From Candidatus Jordarchaeia archaeon (GTDB lineage Archaea > Asgardarchaeota > Jordiarchaeia > Jordiarchaeales > Jordiarchaeaceae), in assembly GCA_029856435.1 (NCBI GenBank), contig JAHQXB010000111.1:1-10801 (forward strand): 10,801 nucleotides of DNA. Reading direction: 5' to 3'. Below, piece after piece: positions 6,767 through 10,801 of the stretch (position 1 is its first letter; each line of letters opens with the position of its first letter). The notes beneath the pieces were generated by a model. That model searched no databases. It was not told the origin of the DNA and saw only the letters and a list, made by a program, of their open reading frames with translations. Made by a program: the position numbers and the translations under genes.

Positions 6767-7544
6767 CTACATTGACCTCCTAGCCAAAGAAGCCGCTAGG
6801 CGGGTGGAGGAAGGCTACTACAAAAATACTCCAAAATCCCGCCTCTCAGCTAGGCCCAAAAGCTTGAGGGAAGCAGTTCTAGGGTGCACCAGAACACCCA
6901 TCATTTCCGAAATAAAGTTTGCTTCGCCATCCAGTGGAACCTTAAGGGAGTACACTTCTCCAAGGATAATTGCCAAGGCTTTGGAGGAAGGGGGCTCGGT
7001 AGGCATATCTGTGCTCACGGAGCCCCGAAATTTTGGGGGCAAACTAGAATTCATAGGTGAGATTCGAAGCCAAGTGAGTGTACCCATACTTATGAAGGAC
7101 ATTGTCCTGAGCCCGGTTCAGATTGAAGCAGCCTATAGAGGCGGTGCGGACGCTGTCCTGCTGATACAAGCCCTCTTTGATAGGGGTTACTGTGAGGGGG
7201 ATGCGCAAAGTATGATTGGTCAGGCTCATAGTTTTGGTTTAGAAGTACTTTTGGAGTCGCATAGCGAGGAGGAGTTCCTCAGAGCGGTGAAAACCAGTGC
7301 TGACCTTGTGGGCATAAATAACCGGGACTTAAAAACACTCAAAGTAAACTTGGAAGTTACGAAACAAATTCTGTCTAAGCACTATCCGCGGAGAAAGGTG
7401 GTTGTGAGTGAAAGCGGCATAAACACTCCCCAAGATATTCGCTTCCTCAGAGAATGTGGTGCCCGAGCCTTCCTTGTGGGAACCTCCATTATGAAATCAG
7501 ACAATATAAGGGAGAAAGTGGTGCAGCTGGTGGAATCAATATGA
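6759..7544 (+). CDS. trpC: Indole-3-glycerol phosphate synthase
   Basis: EIKFASPS, SVLTEP, LMKD, GADAVLL, GINNRDL, VSESGI and LVGTSIM motifs. I place the start at ATG 6759 (MPDY, 8-nt overlap with trpD) rather than at the ORF-track start 6708. ATG 6747 is an alternative. Confidence 0.94.
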   Translation: MPDYIDLLAKEAARRVEEGYYKNTPKSRLSARPKSLREAVLGCTRTPIISEIKFASPSSGTLREYTSPRIIAKALEEGGSVGISVLTEPRNFGGKLEFIGEIRSQVSVPILMKDIVLSPVQIEAAYRGGADAVLLIQALFDRGYCEGDAQSMIGQAHSFGLEVLLESHSEEEFLRAVKTSADLVGINNRDLKTLKVNLEVTKQILSKHYPRRKVVVSESGINTPQDIRFLRECGARAFLVGTSIMKSDNIREKVVQLVESI

Positions 7545-8200
7545 GAACTGTTCGCGTGAAAATATGTGGAATAACTTCAACTAGAGACCTTCAAGCAGCT
7601 GTAGATGCTGGGGCAGATGCGGTGGGGTTTGTGGTGAACGTGCCTCAATCTCCCAGAAATCTTCCTCTTGAGACAGCCAAAGAATTAATGAGAATTGCCC
7701 CCGTGTTTCTGGAGACAGTAATTGTCACAGTTGCGAATAGTCTTAACGACTTGGAAAAAATTTGTGAAGAGTTAAATCCCACCACACTCCAAGTCCACGC
7801 CACCAACCAGATTTACCAAGAGGTAAAGGAAAGGTATCCGAACACTCGCTTAATTGGGGCCGTAGGAATCCCACGGCATGGCTCTCTGAATACGCTGGAC
7901 GCCGCACTAAGGGCTGCGGAAATATTGGACGCGGTGCTCGTGGACACAAGTGTGCCAGGCGAGTATGGAGGCACAGGGAAAATTCATGACTGGAACTTGA
8001 GTAGGAGGATAAGAGATGCCATTTATCCTATACCATTAATTCTTGCTGGGGGACTAACTCCAGAAAATGTGAAGCAAGCCATAGCATTGGTTGAGCCCTA
8101 CGCTGTGGATGTTTCCAGCGGCGTTGAGGTCGGCCCTGGAGTAAAAGACCGGGAAAAGGTTTATCGATTCGTGAAAAGTGCTAAGGAAGTGGAAAGATAA
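7541..8200 (+). CDS. trpF: Phosphoribosylanthranilate isomerase
   Basis: [36 protein letters not shown] and VDVSSGVE motifs. Start placed at ATG 7541 (ATGA overlap with the trpC stop) rather than at 7454. Confidence 0.95.
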   Translation: MRTVRVKICGITSTRDLQAAVDAGADAVGFVVNVPQSPRNLPLETAKELMRIAPVFLETVIVTVANSLNDLEKICEELNPTTLQVHATNQIYQEVKERYPNTRLIGAVGIPRHGSLNTLDAALRAAEILDAVLVDTSVPGEYGGTGKIHDWNLSRRIRDAIYPIPLILAGGLTPENVKQAIALVEPYAVDVSSGVEVGPGVKDREKVYRFVKSAKEVER

Positions 8201-9411
8201 TGGAGTCCAAACCAAAGAAGTTGAAACATTTTCCTGTGGGTGGAAAATTTGGGAAATATGGCGGCCAGTTTGTTCCCGAAACGCTTATGCCGGCCTGTGA
8301 AGAGCTTGAAAGGGCATACCTGGAAGCAAGGAGGGATCCGCAGTTCCAGAAACAGTTAAACTATTACTTGGCAGAGTATGCTGGTAGGCCCACCCCCACA
8401 TATTATGCTGAAAACCTGACCAGAAAAATCGGTGGAGCGAAAATCTATCTTAAGCGTGAAGATTTAGCTCATGGGGGAGCACACAAAATAAATAACACGC
8501 TGGGACAGGCACTGCTTGCAAAAAGAATGGGTAAAACTAGAATAATTGCGGAAACCGGAGCGGGACAACATGGAGTGGCCACCGCCATAGCCTGCGCCGC
8601 CCTAGGACTGAAAGCGGAAATATATATGGGCGCTGAAGACGTGGAAAGGCAGAAGCTTAACGTTTTCAGAATGAGGCTTCTGGGAGCTGAGGTCCACCCC
8701 GTAAACTCCGGCTCAAAAACGTTAAAGGACGCCATAAACGAAGCTCTAAGAGATTGGGTAACCAACATTCAGGACACCTACTATTTGATAGGCTCCGTGG
8801 TTGGTCCCCACCCCTACCCTATGATGGTGAGGGACTTTCAAAGCGTTATTGGAAGCGAGATAAGACTGCAAATATTGGAGAAGGAGGGGAGGCTTCCAGA
8901 CGCCCTTGTAGCTTGTGTAGGTGGAGGTAGCAATGCCATAGGCACATTCCACCCCTTCCTAGACGATGAGCAGGTAGAGCTTTACGGCGTTGAAGCTGCA
9001 GGTCTGGGAATTGACACCGGAAAACACGCCGCCTCACTTTGCGGGGGAGATGAGGGAGTCTTCCATGGAATGCTAACATACATCATACAGGATGAGAACG
9101 GTCAGATACTAAACACCCACAGTGTTTCAGCGGGCCTAGACTATCCGGGTGTGGGCCCAGAGCATGCCTTTCTCAAAAGCATTGGAAGAGCAAGGTATGT
9201 CGCTGCAACTGATGAGGAGGCAATAAGTGCTTTCCTTGAACTATCAAAAAGTGAGGGCATCATTCCGGCGCTTGAACCAGCCCATGCCCTGGCATTCGCC
9301 ACAAAGCTGGCCAAAGCCTTGGGCAGAGGAAAAATTATTGTGGTAACCCTCTCTGGAAGGGGAGACAAAGACGCAGAAGTGATAGCTAAACGTTTGGGAG
9401 TGAAAATATGA
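8200..9411 (+). CDS. trpB: Tryptophan synthase beta chain (TrpB1, operon type)
   Basis: [20 protein letters not shown]-lysine motif [36 protein letters not shown] and [13 protein letters not shown] overlap with trpF. Confidence 0.98.
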   Translation: MESKPKKLKHFPVGGKFGKYGGQFVPETLMPACEELERAYLEARRDPQFQKQLNYYLAEYAGRPTPTYYAENLTRKIGGAKIYLKREDLAHGGAHKINNTLGQALLAKRMGKTRIIAETGAGQHGVATAIACAALGLKAEIYMGAEDVERQKLNVFRMRLLGAEVHPVNSGSKTLKDAINEALRDWVTNIQDTYYLIGSVVGPHPYPMMVRDFQSVIGSEIRLQILEKEGRLPDALVACVGGGSNAIGTFHPFLDDEQVELYGVEAAGLGIDTGKHAASLCGGDEGVFHGMLTYIIQDENGQILNTHSVSAGLDYPGVGPEHAFLKSIGRARYVAATDEEAISAFLELSKSEGIIPALEPAHALAFATKLAKALGRGKIIVVTLSGRGDKDAEVIAKRLGVKI

Positions 9412-10232
9412 GGGAAATAGAAAAAACATTTTCGGAGCTCAGAGGAAGGGGCGAGGGTGGACTAATTGCCTATATTACTGCTGGCTACCCGGAACTGGAG
9501 GACACCCTCACCATTGCGGGTACGCTAATCCAGGGAGGAGCGGACATCATTGAACTGGGGATACCCTTCTCAGACCCCATAGCCGACGGCCCCACCATTC
9601 AAACTGCGACTACGAAGGCTTTGCAGGCTGGAACCACACCCAGAAAAGTTTTGGAGATAGCAGAAGAAATCAAGCAGAGAAACAAAACCCCTCTGGTAAT
9701 TCTCACATATTATAACCCTATTTACCGCATGGGAATAGAAAACTTCTTTGAAACCGCCAAAGCCTCGGGAATAAGCGGAGTAATCGTTCCCGATCTACCC
9801 ATAGAAGAAGCGGGAGAATACCGAAAAACCGCTGTAAAGTATGAGGTGGACACCATATTCCTTGCCGCTCCCCCCACACCCACGGAGCGTCTAAAAAGGA
9901 TTGTGGAGAACACTTCGGGTTTCCTCTACCTAGTCTCAGTCTATGGGGTTACTGGGGCCCGACAGAAGATCCAGGACCAGACCATAAAATTAATTGAAAA
10001 AACACTTTCCATCACGCGGGGAAAAACGCCTCTAGCTGTAGGCTTCGGGATATCAAAGCCGGAACACGTAAAAACAGTGATACACAGGGGAGCGGACGCC
10101 GCCATAGTGGGAAGCCAAATCATAAAAATCATAGAAGACAAACACAAACACAACGACGATGAAGAAATGCTTAAAACACTAAAAGAATACACCAAACAGC
10201 TAAAAAAAGCAACGAAAAAGAAAACCCCATAA
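9408..10232 (+). CDS. trpA: Tryptophan synthase alpha chain
   Basis: [48 protein letters not shown] and GADAAIVGS motifs. ATGA overlap with trpB. Confidence 0.98.
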   Translation: MREIEKTFSELRGRGEGGLIAYITAGYPELEDTLTIAGTLIQGGADIIELGIPFSDPIADGPTIQTATTKALQAGTTPRKVLEIAEEIKQRNKTPLVILTYYNPIYRMGIENFFETAKASGISGVIVPDLPIEEAGEYRKTAVKYEVDTIFLAAPPTPTERLKRIVENTSGFLYLVSVYGVTGARQKIQDQTIKLIEKTLSITRGKTPLAVGFGISKPEHVKTVIHRGADAAIVGSQIIKIIEDKHKHNDDEEMLKTLKEYTKQLKKATKKKTP

Positions 10233-10729
10233 GAATCATCCAAAACAGAGAACACTCGCAATTCCCACCTTTAAAACACCCCTCAATAAACAACTACGCC
10301 AATCCTTCCCTCAAAAATGTGGAGAAAAACCAGAAGCGGAAATAAAATGAAATGAAAAGAGAAGAATCCAAGAGGGAGGCACGTTATTAGAAGTTTTTGT
10401 CGTGTGGATCCTGCTGTTTCAGGGTGGCAGGATTTTTCTTTTTGGTGTTTCATTTGTTGGCAATGTGGATTTATTTGGCTTCGTCTCCCGGGTAGGGCTT
10501 AAAATCGTGAGAGAGGTTTACAAACGCCCCGTTTTTTTGAGGCATAGACTAACTATTATACCACCTTCATTTGTTTTATGGAGCTAACCTGACTCTGTCT
10601 GGCATTATGGCGAATTCTCCATTCTGACCCAGCGTTAACCTTGTGTAACCTTGTTTTCCTTAGGGTTTTATTCAGCCCCGAACCTCTTCCGGGTTGATCA
10701 AGGTTCACATGTGCTTTCCCCATTTCAGG

Positions 10730-10801
10730 TTAGATCTTCCTCAACTTCTCATAAGCTTTCGGAAAAGTTTGGGGTGAAGAAGGAACTGCCTCTACCTTCC
10801 T
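10730..10801 (-). CDS. Possible C-terminus of a convergent gene entering from the right edge (...RKVEAVPSSPQTFPKAYEKLRKI*)
   Basis: This is the only minus frame open from the window edge for more than 20 codons, and it has protein-like composition. No family recognised. Confidence 0.3.
   Translation of the reverse strand, partial: RKVEAVPSSPQTFPKAYEKLRKI

Noticed and set aside
10660-10710. SECIS-like hairpin in the 3' region of the convergent gene
   Set aside because: The minus strand reads AUCA rather than the AUGA/GA core, and the methanococcal GAA/A plus three G-C pair motif is not met.
1-10801. CRISPR array, tRNA/rRNA, transposase or integrase
   Set aside because: I saw no regularly spaced repeats, cloverleaf or rRNA-like sequence, and no DDE or tyrosine-recombinase motifs.

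Overview
Archaeal DNA, judged from a BRE/TATA promoter and GGTGA/GGAGG-type Shine-Dalgarno (SD) sites. The TrpC and TrpE motifs look to me like the Nitrososphaeria/Bathyarchaeia type, but the lineage is not established. Left to right: (1) a decayed DUF433/DUF5615 (VapB45/VapC45-like) toxin-antitoxin pair on the minus strand; (2) an intact MFS transporter on the minus strand; (3) about 790 bp of intergenic DNA containing a G/T-rich patch, two tandem TGTACA 'TRP boxes' and a near-consensus BRE-TATA promoter; (4) a complete, tightly coupled trpE-G-D-C-F-B-A operon; (5) a convergent intergenic tail. The most striking observation is at the trpE 5' end. The trpE frame is open and looks TrpE-like upstream of its first canonical start (TTG 3801, no SD). 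The SD-equipped start (GGAGG...GTG 3692) instead opens an 18-codon leader in another frame whose codons 5-6 are CUU-UGG. This is a prfB-like CUU-U shift site with a Trp codon in the A site, and a +1 slip there lands exactly in the trpE frame. That suggests a Trp-starvation-triggered +1 frameshift gate on TrpE synthesis. A single-base assembly indel is the main alternative and cannot be excluded from this sequence alone.
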